Origin: Neophaeotheca triangularis
Taxonomy: Eukaryota
Reading direction: 5' to 3'
Length of the DNA: 64,000 bases
NCBI GenBank assembly: GCA_054600435.1
Contig: BAAIJX010000073.1
Coordinates: 1 to 64,000 of the forward strand
The notes below the pieces were generated by a model. That model made no database searches, was not told the origin of the DNA, and worked only from the letters and a program-made list of their open reading frames with translations. Position numbers and translations under genes: made by a program. The first letter of the stretch is position 1; every line of letters starts with the position of its first letter. Shown here piece by piece: positions 22,453-34,503 of this stretch.

Positions 22453-25400
22453 TCAGCCACCTCCATCCCGGCTGCCATCAACCCCGGCACTCTCGAATCG
22501 CAAACTCGAGCCACCCTCACCACCGCTCCTCCCCAGTCTACCACTCCCACCAAATCTTCCTCCACCCCCATCTCCCCCAGAAGCAAACCGCACACTCTTC
22601 CCCGTCCCACCTATCCCCACCGAACGGCCAAAAACTGACCTTTTCAACGCCGAAGGAGGCGGAACAACAGGCGTCGCTGTAGCAGCGGCACCTTCACCTA
22701 CACCTCCACCAACACCCCCACCAACATCCCCGCCAGCAGAATCGAAAGAGCTCACGCCCCCCGCCCTCAGTTTCCGCGCAAAAGGCGTTATCTGCGGCGT
22801 CAGGCCCTCCATCGTAATCCCACCAGCCTCAACCCCGGCAGCTCCCGATTGCAGAGGCGCAGGCGTTGTGACTAAATAGCCCGTATCGAGCGCAAAAGGC
22901 GTCCCAGCTCTGGGCGTGGGTAAAGCGCGGAAGCGACTACTTGTACGCGAGCGCGAAGGCGTAGCAACGGAAGTCGCTCCAGCCCGGTCGTCTCTACTGC
23001 CTTCACCACGATCCCCAACACGACCCCGACGTCCCGGGCTGGTGAAGCGATCTCTCGAGACCGAGCGAGCGGCGGCGCGGCTCGCGGGGCGGAGGGAAGG
23101 GGACTCGGGTTCTGGAAGGTCAACGACTCCGGCTTCGTCGAGGGCCGGTTGTGTTTTGGCGGCGGTTTTGGCCGCCCAGGCTCGGAGGAGTTCGCGGACC
23201 TGGAGTTCTCGGTTCCGTTTACGTAGGGCTTCGGCGCTTTCGGTCCGGCGGGCGGTGGTGAAGGTTGTCCATTGTAGTTTTCGCAACGCGGATGCTAGAA
23301 GTGCGAGGTTTGTATTGTGGAGGAAAGACTTTGCAAGGATCTCGAGGGTTTGGAGCTTAGAATGGGAGGTCGTGAGAGCCGTGAGGGCGGCAGAGACGAG
23401 TTTTTCTTCATCCAGAGCTATAGCGCGGGTGTGAAGGGACTCAAGAGTCTGGGTTTTGGCATGCCAGGTTCGGAGTAAATCCAGTCGGTTGTCTTGCTGC
23501 CGGGTTGAGGCGACAGCAGTGGCGGTCGTTTGGAGGGAATGAAGGCGTGCGGTTTGTGTTCGCCAGTGGGCGAGAGCCTCGCGGGCTGTGCGGGTTTTGA
23601 TGCGCATGCGGACGTGCGCGTAGGCTTCGCGACGGCGATTGTCTTGGTGCGTCGTGGTTTTGGAGTGCCAGTCGCGGAGGGTCCTGGTACCGAGGAGGTA
23701 GTAGCGGGCGCGGGAGGCTTTTGTGGCAAGGATCATAGCGTGGGAGGCTTTTTCCCGCCAGGTATCGAGGACGGTTGGGAGGCGGCGAAGGTTTGCGAAC
23801 TCGATGGCGGCTCTTTCTGCATCTTCTCGTCTTCGAAGGGCGGAGTTCAATCGTACCATTCCCGCCGATAGAATGCGCCTCTCCTCTCCCTGCTGATAGC
23901 GGAGGCATGCCTGGTCGAGGTGCCAGTGCAGTTCGCGGGTATGATCTCGCAAAAAGATCAAAGCGCGTTGCACTAGTCTTGATTCTCTAGTACGCGTGAA
24001 GAGTCTGAGTCGTTCTTGCAAGACCCACCGGTAGAGGTTCTCAAGAACGACTCGCTCGTTTATGTGTTGCGCTAGGGCTCGACAGCGGAGAGCATCATTC
24101 CATTTCGTCCAGGCGGCTTGGAGAACCCTTCTTTTGTCTACCTCGATGGCTTGTCTAGAGAGGCGGAGTTGCAGGCTCCAAGCGCTGAAAGCCCTTCTTT
24201 CGAGATCGAGGCGGCATTTCAACGTTACCACTGTGGCGACGGGCGTTAGGCGACCTTGCGCGATTAGCGCTGCCAGAAACTTCGTTTTCATCTTGGTCGC
24301 ATGATGTTGTTCGGCTGCCGCCTGTAATCTCAGGCGCTCGGCAAATGCATGCTGTAGCTTGTGCAGTGTCTTCCAAGCATCATCACGCCGAACATGCTGC
24401 GCAGCCTCATTTTCGTTTTCAGCAATCGTCCATATCTTCGTCCTCCAAGTGTACATCGTGGTCCGCATGATCTTCGCGTCTCTCTTCGGTCCTAGCCTCC
24501 GCTCAACAGTACCAAGATGGACTTTCTTCAGGCACCACCTTTGCACCATCTCCTCACGTGTTGCTTCGATTTTACGCACGTAGATCTTCTGTAGCGCCGT
24601 CCTCCTCACCCAGAGCCTCAAAAGCCTCCTCGTCACGATACTCCTCGCCTTAGTAGCATTCTCAATCGTGACCTGCTTCCAGCGGCGAAAGTACTTCAAC
24701 TGCATCATCCACTGTTGCGCCTTGCGCGTATCATACACCCCCCTACGCGCTGCATTCAGCCAGTGCGTAAAAGCTTTGGGCAGCAAGCGAAGGTTGTAGT
24801 GCCGTTGGGCCGCGACCTCCCACTGCTCGTGAAGAACAGCTTGCCGGCGCTCTTGCCAGATGGCCCGAGCATGTTCAACGAGCGTGGACAACGCGGTGGT
24901 GAGTAGGGTACGGCGATCGCATTGCGCGGCTTTCTCTTCGGCTTGGGCATTGCGTTGTTGCGTAAGGAGGGTTGCGTCGATCCATTTGTAGAGGTTAACG
25001 CGCGCGATACGGTAGTCACAGGTGCCGTAAAAGGCTTCTGCTTGAGCCTCGAGCTCGGCGGTGGAGGGCTGAAAAATTACCTCAGGGACGCCGGCTCTTC
25101 TTTCGTGGACAGAACGCTGTTGAGGCGGGAACTGCGCGCGTTCTACTTCAGGTTCTGCGAAACGGACACCACTGCGTCGGCCTTCTGTCGATCGAGCGCG
25201 ACGATTGTTATTGGCTTGGTTCCCTCGTTTTGGTGGTTGTGCGAGATACTTCGGTCCTGGAGCTGGCGAAACATTGAGCAATCGTGACTGCTCACTCACC
25301 CATGTTTCTTCCAGATTCGAGTCGTTGAATGAACCCCTCCTTCGCTGCGGTCGTGTGTCCAAATACCCATTGCTCTGCGCGTACCCCCTCTTTGAGACCA

Positions 25401-25797
25401 CATCTTCTTCCTTTACTTCCTGCGCCTCTTCGTCCTCGTTCTCATCAACCAGCGTGATCTCGTACGTCTTTAGCAAAGCCCTAAGGGCATAAACGTAACC
25501 GTGCCATTTCCCCACTCGGATAGCAGACCGCGCCTGCTCGCCCAAGCGCATGAGGTAGCGGAAGACAACGCCATCGTGCTCATGTTCGACTCCCTCCTCA
25601 GCAAAGATAGAGTCGTAAGCGGCAAAGAGTGCCTTGAAAGGGGGATCCTGGGTGGAGGCCGCGGTGGTGCAGATGGCGTGGAGGAGGTGGACGTCTGCGA
25701 CAAGGTCAGTACAGCACTTAGCCCTAGACAGTAATGACTTCCTCTCACCCTGATCAGTAGGCTCCGGCAGCTCGTTGTCGAGCTGGACATGCGTCAT
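22453..25797 (-). CDS. SFI1: Sfi1 spindle pole body protein
   Basis: Long helical ORF with regularly spaced Trp-containing repeats (F..W, e.g. KAFTHW, KYFRRW, RAFSAW, AAWTKW), N-terminal PFKALFAAYD and C-terminal TPFARKLR. Likely in-frame 54-nt intron at 25695-25748. Confidence 0.85.
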   Translation of the reverse strand: MTHVQLDNELPEPTDQGERKSLLSRAKCCTDLVADVHLLHAICTTAASTQDPPFKALFAAYDSIFAEEGVEHEHDGVVFRYLMRLGEQARSAIRVGKWHGYVYALRALLKTYEITLVDENEDEEAQEVKEEDVVSKRGYAQSNGYLDTRPQRRRGSFNDSNLEETWVSEQSRLLNVSPAPGPKYLAQPPKRGNQANNNRRARSTEGRRSGVRFAEPEVERAQFPPQQRSVHERRAGVPEVIFQPSTAELEAQAEAFYGTCDYRIARVNLYKWIDATLLTQQRNAQAEEKAAQCDRRTLLTTALSTLVEHARAIWQERRQAVLHEQWEVAAQRHYNLRLLPKAFTHWLNAARRGVYDTRKAQQWMMQLKYFRRWKQVTIENATKARSIVTRRLLRLWVRRTALQKIYVRKIEATREEMVQRWCLKKVHLGTVERRLGPKRDAKIMRTTMYTWRTKIWTIAENENEAAQHVRRDDAWKTLHKLQHAFAERLRLQAAAEQHHATKMKTKFLAALIAQGRLTPVATVVTLKCRLDLERRAFSAWSLQLRLSRQAIEVDKRRVLQAAWTKWNDALRCRALAQHINERVVLENLYRWVLQERLRLFTRTRESRLVQRALIFLRDHTRELHWHLDQACLRYQQGEERRILSAGMVRLNSALRRREDAERAAIEFANLRRLPTVLDTWREKASHAMILATKASRARYYLLGTRTLRDWHSKTTTHQDNRRREAYAHVRMRIKTRTAREALAHWRTQTARLHSLQTTATAVASTRQQDNRLDLLRTWHAKTQTLESLHTRAIALDEEKLVSAALTALTTSHSKLQTLEILAKSFLHNTNLALLASALRKLQWTTFTTARRTESAEALRKRNRELQVRELLRAWAAKTAAKTQPALDEAGVVDLPEPESPSLRPASRAAARSVSRDRFTSPGRRGRVGDRGEGSRDDRAGATSVATPSRSRTSSRFRALPTPRAGTPFALDTGYLVTTPAPLQSGAAGVEAGGITMEGLTPQITPFARKLRAGGVSSFDSAGGDVGGGVGGGVGEGAAATATPVVPPPSALKRSVFGRSVGIGGTGKSVRFASGGDGGGGRFGGSGRLGRSGGEGGSSLRFESAGVDGSRDGGG

Positions 25798-26500
25798 GTG
25801 AACGGCAACTCTTCGCTGTCGTGTTTACGCCGCTTGCGCTTCGAGTACCTGCCTGTCATCGGGCGTGCAGTTGCATAGTACGAGGCTAAATTGAGGGGAA
25901 TAGGTACAAAATGTTATTCAATACCATTTGCCGCCTACTCGTGAGCAATGATGTCGTCTGAGGCGGTGCGTCTCCTCCGGCGCAAAGGTGTAGTTGGGAA
26001 GTTGAAAGGCGCGACTTTACGCGCGCATTGGGCGGGCGTGTTGTTGCGGTTTTTATGCATGCTTATGTAAAGTTGCATGCAGCGTTGGCAGTTATGCATA
26101 CTCGTAGACATAAGGTATACAAGTTTACTTTACCCCCAAAGATTCAACATCATTCATGTGAAAAGAAACCCCAACATGCCCCATCGACTCTCTCCCGGTT
26201 TTGGTGCAGTCTTATTAGGGACCTTGGTAGATCCTACCACTCCTATGCGTGAATGTGCCTTATAACTGCCTCAGATACGGGCATCTTTTTTGCCTCTTGC
26301 CGCTCCTCCACCATCTCTGCTCCTCTCGCAAAGCCACCTTGCCCGACTATCGACTACGGATGATCCGCGCCCAACTCCTGCGCTTCGCTCTCGAGCGGCA
26401 ACTTGCTCTTGTGAATTACCCCGTCTTTGTGTCTTATCACAGGACTGCGCGGATATTCAGCTTGCCACCTTCTTCGGCTGAGCGGTCCCCAGCAAATGGA

Positions 26501-27743
26501 CTACAGGAACGCCAGAAAACCCATGAATACTGTTATGCTGGTGCCGAGACTTGCACATAGCACGACAGAGCCGTCACTAGAATCCCCACTCCCTTCCTCG
26601 CCAGTAGTTTCGCTAGCAGTTGAGGAATCTTCCGTGGGAATGGCTGGTTCCGACGTTGTGATTCCAGGCTCGTCTTCCTGGGTCACCTCGGTGGGAGTGT
26701 CCGTGAATGCGGATGTGAGAGGGTCTTCGGAGCCTTCGTCGGGGCTGGGCCCAATTGTTGGCGTCTGGATCCTAGTGGCATCTCCACGGTCAGAGGTCCC
26801 GGCGCCAGTGCCCCCAGGCGAAAGGACGCCTTCAAGCACGTGCATGACTCCATTGTTAAGAAAAATGTCCAATCCAAGCACTGGAACGTCGTTGACGAAG
26901 TACCGGCCATTTTGCGCGCTCAAGTCGAGCGTGGTGCCGTTCAAATTGAATGCAGTGGTATTCCAGTTGGTACTGTAAATTGCTCTGTCAGGCACGATGC
27001 TGAGTTGCAAGATGCTGTCTAATTCGTTGTCTTCTACAGAGCCGGCGTTGGGCGGGGCGGTGTTGTTGAAGGCAAAGACGGTGACTTCTTCTTGAGCTTC
27101 CAGAGCGTCGAGGAGATCAACCCTGTCTAGAGCCTCGACAAAGGAAGTGAGGTTTAGGTGGAGGGCGGCTCGCGAAACGCTGCCAGGTAGAACAAGTCTG
27201 CCCTCCACGATATGAAGGATGCCCGCGTCGTATTCGATGTTCTGGAAATATGAGTCAAAGCACAATCTCTTCAACAACAGACGAAAATTCCAAGGAGTGT
27301 CTGCTTACCGCACTTGACTGTTGTGTAACGATGGCATACGAAGAAAAACCTCCCCAGATTTTCATAGCGTCGTCATACGATGATACCTCGACCATTTGGC
27401 CACTGTCGAGGTTAGTGTAAGCACCGCCTCTGAGGAAAGTCCGGATCAACCAGCTAAATGGATCAAAACCAGACCATGTCATCCTGGAGTTCAGAATGGA
27501 GTACCGGAAAAAGGCTTCGACCTCGCTGTCGGTCCAATTGGAGAGTGCTCTCATAGTACCGTCATTCGGCGCTAGAATGGTGATGTTGCTGGCAGCTCGT
27601 AGGTCCTCAAGTAAATCTGGGAGGTCTTCGAGCCGATCAGCAAACAGTGATAGGTCATTGTAGCTCGACAGCACTTCGTCGAGACTTTGCGCCGCAATGG
27701 TCGTGATAGCGATGAGCGTCGATAAAATGGCTTCGAGGCGCAT
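26501..27743 (-). CDS. Secreted fasciclin (FAS1)-domain protein, probably GPI-anchored, 2 exons (27743-27309, 27241-26501)
   Basis: Signal peptide; two FAS1 repeats (ITILAPND...GILHIVE and VTVFAFNN...NGVMHVLEGVL); S/T/E-rich stalk; hydrophobic C-terminus; GTAAGC...CAG intron. Confidence 0.85.
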
Positions 27744-28331
27744 CTTTGTCGATTTTGCGCTACAAAAGCTGTGTGATTCCAGAGAAAGGAGCTTCTCAGA
27801 GGTGGGTATGCTAGGTAAGGCTTACTTTATAACAGCGCCCACTGCCAACGGCCCACGTGCCATCTCACGTCCACCTACCAGTGGAAGGATCCTGACTCGG
27901 GCGGTTGGGTGGCGCTTATCGCAACGAGTAGCAAGCATGATATTTGTGCCAACAAGGCAGCGTTTTGCCTTGGAATCGAAATCAAGGCCAACTTGGTACA
28001 GCATTCAGGGCCTTCGTCTGTCCAGGGGCAGTTGTATGCGAAGTAACTGTATAGATGGTAGCTGACTGGACTCAAGTGGCGACCGGTGAAGCGTCGCGGG
28101 CAGTTTGAGACGACCTGCATTCCGGGCCAAGCAGTACTTTACATGTCTCGGCGGCGTTGCATCGATCCTTCACATGTGACAATGTATAGTTCGGGCTTGG
28201 AATACATCTGCCATTGTTGCAATGCCACCATTGGCTGTGTAGCTTGGGTTGTCAAGTGATGAATTCTTCAAAGAAAGGTAGACGTGAAACACCTGTGAAA
28301 AGACATCGATATGAATACTTATCCATCCTTG

Positions 28332-29402
28332 TTATGCTGTGTAGCGCCCGTCCAGAGGCACATCTTTTCCACCTGTCAAAGGTTCTTGATCCGAATCCGG
28401 TCCAGGACTCGCTCTGGGGACCTGAGTCTCGCCTGAAGTCCCCAGTCAGTATCGATCCAACCCGAACAGGCTGCGCTCCCGAGAACTCACCTCTGAAGAC
28501 TTCCAGCGCAGTGACAAACGGCAAAATCAACAACAGCATGGTCAACAGCTGTCCGAACCCCCACTGCTTCTCGCCCTCCGTAGCTAATTCCACCGACGGT
28601 GTCCCAAAAGCCTGACTTACCATCAACACCCTTGCGGCGGACCCAATCGCCAGCGCAATCATAACAACCATACTCACAGCCCTGACGATCTTCCCCCATC
28701 TAATCCTCTGCAAATGCAAATACAGCGTCCCCATGACAAAAACCACGCACGTACTGACAATCGCCGCAATCGTACCCACAATACTCAGCGGCGTATCCGA
28801 GCCCCCTCCGTCCTCCCTAACAGCATGGTCCTCCTGCCAGACACACGCGATTGGCAGCGTGGGCGCCAGACCCCTTACATTCGTCATGAGGATGAAAACC
28901 CCCAACACGACCGTCAACGCCAAGTTCACAAACATGGCAAACTGCCTCAGCCACCTCAAAACCCAATCGCGCTTGAAATCTTGCACCAAGGCCAGCAGCG
29001 TGGCGAACGTTGTGCAAGTGGAGAGCAGCGCGAGCATCCAGATTATGAACATGTGGTAGGGGACCATGGTTTTGTAGCGCGCGAGGCCGACGACTTGGAT
29101 GCCGATGCCTTCGACGATTTGCTGGTCTGAGAGGCCGTTGAGGATTTTGCGGGGGATGTTGACGCTGGTATTGCCGCGGAATTCACTGAGCACGATGTAG
29201 GTGCTGAGGAGGAGAGCGAGGGCGGCTGTTATTATGAAGGCGAGCAGGATCTAGGGGGGTGAATTTGACCGTGTTAGTGGGTTTTGACTGGAATTATTGG
29301 GGCGAAGGTTATGATGCTTACACCTGCTCCCGCGACGCCTGCGTCGGACGCCGTATTCTCTGGCGCGACGCTACAGTCGCCGAGTGTATTGTTGAAGGAC
29401 AT
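28332..29402 (-). CDS. Conserved fungal multi-pass membrane protein of unknown function, 3 exons (29402-29322, 29250-28491, 28432-28332)
   Basis: DAGVAGAG|ILLAF, LSDQQIVEG, YH and WGFGQLL motifs with several hydrophobic helices. Canonical introns keep the frame. Confidence 0.8.
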
Positions 29403-30694
29403 GGTGGGCAATATCGTGAATTCCAACTTCTGGGCAGTTTCTTAAGGTCGGCGAAAGCAGAGGGCCCCCGAATCAGGACTTGTTGTAGCAATTCAAGCAG
29501 TGTGAATTTCTCCAAATTCCTACCTAGACGACAGCAGTGAAGAGTAGTGAGAGTGGAGGTGTGTAGTGGTCCAGTCACTACATGTACCGCCCTGACGTCG
29601 CCTCATCTTGACTGCTGACACATGCACGCGCCAGACATGAGTGAAACTTGACCTGTCGTTTACCTACCTTGGTATATAGCTGAAACACACGTGCGTGAGT
29701 AGGTATGCGCCGGACAAGTCCAGTTCACGCTAGAAGTCACTGGCTGGCGCCGATCAGGGGTCTGTCTATCTATCTTTAGCCGCTGGGACCTGGCTGAGCG
29801 CAACTGTGTCGATCACCTCACCATTCACTCTAGTATGGAACAAGACATCCATCCCTACAAGAACGCGCCCTGTCAGTGGGAAATCGGAACAGATGCTGTT
29901 GAAGCTCTCGGCTCAGAATGTCGTAGGGCTCCCTCGGAAAGATGCAAATCGTAGAGCTTATACACAGTGTCACTCAAGATTCGAGTAGATCCGGTAAGGA
30001 AGAGCACTATCCGGGTATGTAGACTTGATACAAATGGCAACCTAGGTAGGCGGAGTATGTACAGTGCCTCAGGGAGTTATCATTGCCTAGGTAGGTAGAT
30101 AGAAAGTAGTATTCGTGGGGAAAGTGTGGGGGAGCGGGGAAGCTTGCAATGAGCAGAGGTCACCTACCAGGTACCTATCTTAGGTACCTCAAGGTTAGAA
30201 CGCGAGGTCTCTCTCTCAATTATCCGTAGGCGTTTTGCGGTTTACAGATCTATCATTCAAGTTGCCGGCCGAGACGAAAGTGTTTGCTGTCAACGGTGGC
30301 ATGAGATACGAGCACCAAATTCATTGGTGGATCATCAAGGATGTCGACTTTCCAGTAGCAACGAAGCTGAATACGCAGTCGATTTAAAGCTTCATCCTCA
30401 AGCCCTGTATACCGTAGTGGAGCCCCCTCCGATCTCGCACTTGGTTTCGCGGAGAAGCTCCCGTATAAATACAGGTGCCTCGAGATACCAGCGAACGTCA
30501 AGCGGCAGCATTCGAGCGGCAGCATTCGAGAGACGTCCAGTATTGATGATCCTCAAGACATTGATATTCGAATCACACATACGGCAAGGAAAGAAGTATA
30601 CCACCACACCACCGACTACTCCCCCCGTCAGTCTCAACATCAACGATCGAAGCAGACACCCATCAAACTCAACAACTCACAAACCTCCACAACC

Positions 30695-31895
30695 ATGTCA
30701 ACCCCCTCCACCAAAACAGCCAACATCGTCGTCCTCCCAGGCGACCACGTCGGGCCCGAAGTCGTGGCCGAAGCCCTCAAAGTCCTCGACATTATCGAAC
30801 AACACACCGGCACCAAATTCAACCGCGACTTCGACCTCTGCGGCGGCTGCTCTCTCAACAAACACAAAGTCTCAGTAACCGAAGCCGTCCTCCAAAAATG
30901 CGAGCAAGCCGACGCAGTCTTTTTCGGATCGTGCGGTGGCCCGGAATGGGGCACCGCGCAACCGAATCCGGAGAGTGGGTTGTTGCGGATCAGGGATAGG
31001 ATGCAGGTCAGTCATACCCCTGATTCCAAGGAATTCACAAAACGGGCCTCATATGTACCACCAGATCTTCGCCAACCTCCGTCCCTGCAAATTCGTCTCC
31101 AAATCCATGACGGACCGTTCGCCCATCAAACCCGCCATCATCGGCGGCGTGGACTTTATGCTCGTCCGCGAGAACTGCGGGGGCGCTTACTATGGTGACA
31201 AGAAGGAAACCGAGGACTACGGCTGTGATCCCTGGGAGTACCAGCGGTACGAAGTCGAGAGGGTTGCGCGTGTGGCTGCGCGGTTGGCTTTGCAACATGA
31301 TCCGCCGTTGTTGGTGACTAGTGCTGACAAGGCGAATGTGCTTGCTTCCGGGCGGTTGTGGCGGAGGGCTGTGACGGAAGTTTTTGAGAGGGAGTTTCCG
31401 CTAGTTAAGATGCAGCATCAGCTTGCGGATAGTTTGGCCATGTTGTTGATTACGCAGCCGACTAGGTTTAATGGTGTTATTGTTACTGATAATACTTTTG
31501 GCGATATTTTGTCGGATGAGTCGGGTGGGTTGACGGGGAGTCTGGGGTTGTTGCCTTCGGCGTCGATTGCGGGGCCGCCTGGTGGTGAGACTGGGCTGAA
31601 CTCTTGGGGTGGTGTCAAAGGGCTTTATGAGCCTGTGCATGGTTCTGCCCCTGATATCAGTGGGAAGGGGCTGGCAAATCCGGTGGCGCAAGTGCTGAGT
31701 CTGGCGATGATGCTGCGGTATAGCTTCAATATGCACAAGGAGGCTGATGTCGTGGAGAAGGCTGTTGCCAAAGTGTTGGATACCAAGGAAGAAGGCGGGC
31801 TGGAGATCAGGACTGGCGATCTGGGAGGCAAGGCGACGACCAAGGACATGAGCGAGGCTATTCAGGGGGAAGTGAAACGGCTGTTGGGAAGCTGA
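30695..31895 (+). CDS. LEU2: 3-isopropylmalate dehydrogenase, 2 exons (30695-31006, 31065-31895)
   Basis: LPGDHVGPEV, GGPEWG, PESGLLRIR, FANLRP, VRENCGGAY, DKANVLAS, NTFGDILSDE, GSLGLLPSAS and LYEPVHGSAPDISGKG. Confidence 0.96.
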
Positions 31896-31975
31896 GTGCA
31901 CAGCCTTAGTCCTCATTAGAAAAATTGTGTTTCGCCATGCTAAGTGGGGTAGGCGGCCAGGGAGGCCCATTCTAC

Positions 31976-33619
31976 CTAAACCAGGTAGATCTTCTCCTTG
32001 CGCCCCCTGTCCAGACGATCAGAAGGATTTCCACTTTCCGTGAAATTGAGATCGTCTCGGCCTCTCCAATGGCTGGAAAAATGACGGAATCCGCACAATT
32101 CGTAGAAACGGTATTGTTCCAACAGATGTGGTTGGGCATGGTGATTAGCAGGATGTACGACAAAAGCAAAGTTGCAACCCTCGAGAACAAGCCAGGTCGC
32201 TTGCCTGAAACGTCCGGCTAGACTCTCATGTAGGATGCCAGGGTCCAGAAAAAGTTCAGAAAACCTAAGACCAAGAGATTGATCAGCATCCTCGAAGAGC
32301 CAACCTTCAACGGCAAGAGATCGGTCGATATTGTAAGTGCCGAAGGATCTGAGACGGTTGTCGCAGCTTGGAGCATAACGCGCGCTTATGGCTTGCTCGA
32401 GCTCCGGAGTATGGTAGTACGAAGTGAAGATTGGGCTTCCCCACTGAGGAACCCAAGAAGGGAGTCTCTCGGGGTTAGGAATAGGAGGATGTCCGTCTGA
32501 CGGAAGTCTCAAAGCTGCACTGAGTAACAGAGCTTCCAGGTTAGTTCTAGCATAAGTGCGTGCCAGTTAGATGTACAATTCGTGCGCGGGTATTGTGTAA
32601 GATACGCTTATAAAAACTCCATCAGAGCTGAGGCTCATCAAAGCGTAAACTACATCCCGTCCATCGCCACATTGCGCACTATGATAGCCATCCAAGTTTT
32701 GGAGCAATGTTGGTTTGCGTTCGTCTTCTTTGGGCATGTTCTGAATGGAGCGGATAAGCTGGTAGGCTGGCTCGGATCGGATGTTCCAGTGCGCATCGGG
32801 TGGAATTGTGGCCGCTTCTATGCCAGCGACAAAATTTGACCATCTGAAGCGGTGCCGTCCCATTTGTACGAAGCGAAGTTCGGTCTTTGTGCTCGCAAGC
32901 TCTTGGATCACCCATCGTCTTCTGAACCATCGTAGAGCGAAAACACCTCGGAGACGAGGCATTGAGAAGTCCGGGATAGGATCGGCGGGGTTGTAGTTGA
33001 ACATCATGTTGAACATCATGGGAGGGGGCAAAACCCATCCCGATGCAACGTCGCTAAGCCACACAGTCAGGCATGCGGCAGTGCTATAGATTTTGCCCAT
33101 CATAAGAACCTGGGCCTGCCGTTCGTCTTTATCATTCTGGTTGATGCAGACAGCATCCGCCCACAGTAGCAGAGGCATACCTTGCCATGGACCGGTGCCT
33201 GTCTGAGCACTATGAGCAACCTTCCGCATGCGCTTGATTGCGCGAGATAGGGTTCCAGTCACTGGCAAGACTTTGCCGTCCACCATGAGTTGGTGTGTCA
33301 AGTGTCTCCTGTCCCGGTAACACTTCCCCCATGCATAAGACAGACTCATGTATTGTCCCGGTTCATCGAGTGAGGTTGTGATGAGACGACATCGTACGAG
33401 GCGTTCATTCTCGTCCGGTTCTTCGAGTGTGAGAAGTCTGATCTCATTGGGGTTCTTTAGAGGCATGTACTCGTAGGGGAGCGGGTCAAAGCTGGCCAGG
33501 ACATCGTGCTTTTGCTCGAACGCAAGGCTTTCACCGGGCTGGTCAGCGTCGTCCCCTCCAAGAGTGGCCATAACCCGCTTTTGCGTCGACTGCCAATCGT
33601 TAGGTAGGATGTCGTTCAC
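31976..33619 (-). CDS. HET-domain (heterokaryon incompatibility, HET-6-like) protein; possibly a nonsense allele or pseudogene
   Basis: IRLLTL, YMSLSYAWG, LWADAVCINQNDKDERQAQVLMMGKIYSTA, WFRRRWVIQE, DGRDVVYALMSL and LPSWVPQW. In-frame TAA at 32567-32569; the 5' end is uncertain. Confidence 0.85.
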
Positions 33620-34503
33620 CAGCCGCAGCGCGGTATCACAAGCCCTGTAGCTTGTGCCGCTATCTTAGTGTAGACCTGCCATGGATGGATCCTCATGTCG
33701 GGTGGCGACACAGTGCAAATGTGCCGAGACTGGAGCTGCAGGCAGACATGTGCGCTTCACGAGGCACATCGTCGCGAGCATCTAGGCGAGTCCATGGCTC
33801 AGGCTGGACACATCGAGATGTGGCTTCAGGCATTCGTTGTCTTGGATTTTCTAGTGGTCGCCACCTTTGTCAAGTGCAAACAGCCGATCAGCAAAAGTCG
33901 TATGTCAATGGAGCGTCTGTAAAAGGTTCGCGACTTGGAACATCTATACCGCTAACAGTGCTACGTCCATGCCTTTTAAGCTAAAACTTGATTACAACTC
34001 TACGCAGCGCAATGTTCGCTTGTACGTTATAGAGGGCGACTCTTAGGAGCTCGTGAGTCTGTTCGTCGGCTCCTAACCTGTTGGTTCTAAGTTCTGCCTC
34101 TTAAGAACTACCATATAAGGTCGACCTTTGGGGTGTGTTGATACGTCAAACTCCTAGGATCGTCTCCAACTCTCACCCTCGGCCATGAATGAAATAATGC
34201 CGGCGTCAATTTAGACAGACGGACCGTTTCCGCCTCCACAGCCATTGACCGACCCACAGCCGCCTGCTCCGTGCGCTACCTAGCTCTCACCCGACGCTTC
34301 AATGTTCAGTGACGGGTGGTGAGTCTAGTGACCTCTTGGTCTTGTTATCCTAGTAAAGAACAAAGAAAAGCTACCTCATTGTTGACCGTAATCTACTTTC
34401 GTTGACTTTTTCTCTGTTGGCGGCCCCTTTCTAACCCTATCCTAACCATCTTCCACTCACAGCTGAGAAACAACGAGCAGATCCAGGCTTACACCACCGA
34501 GCC

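Noticed and set aside
34431..34447. Telomere-like CTAACCCT sequence
   Set aside because: One to two imperfect units only.
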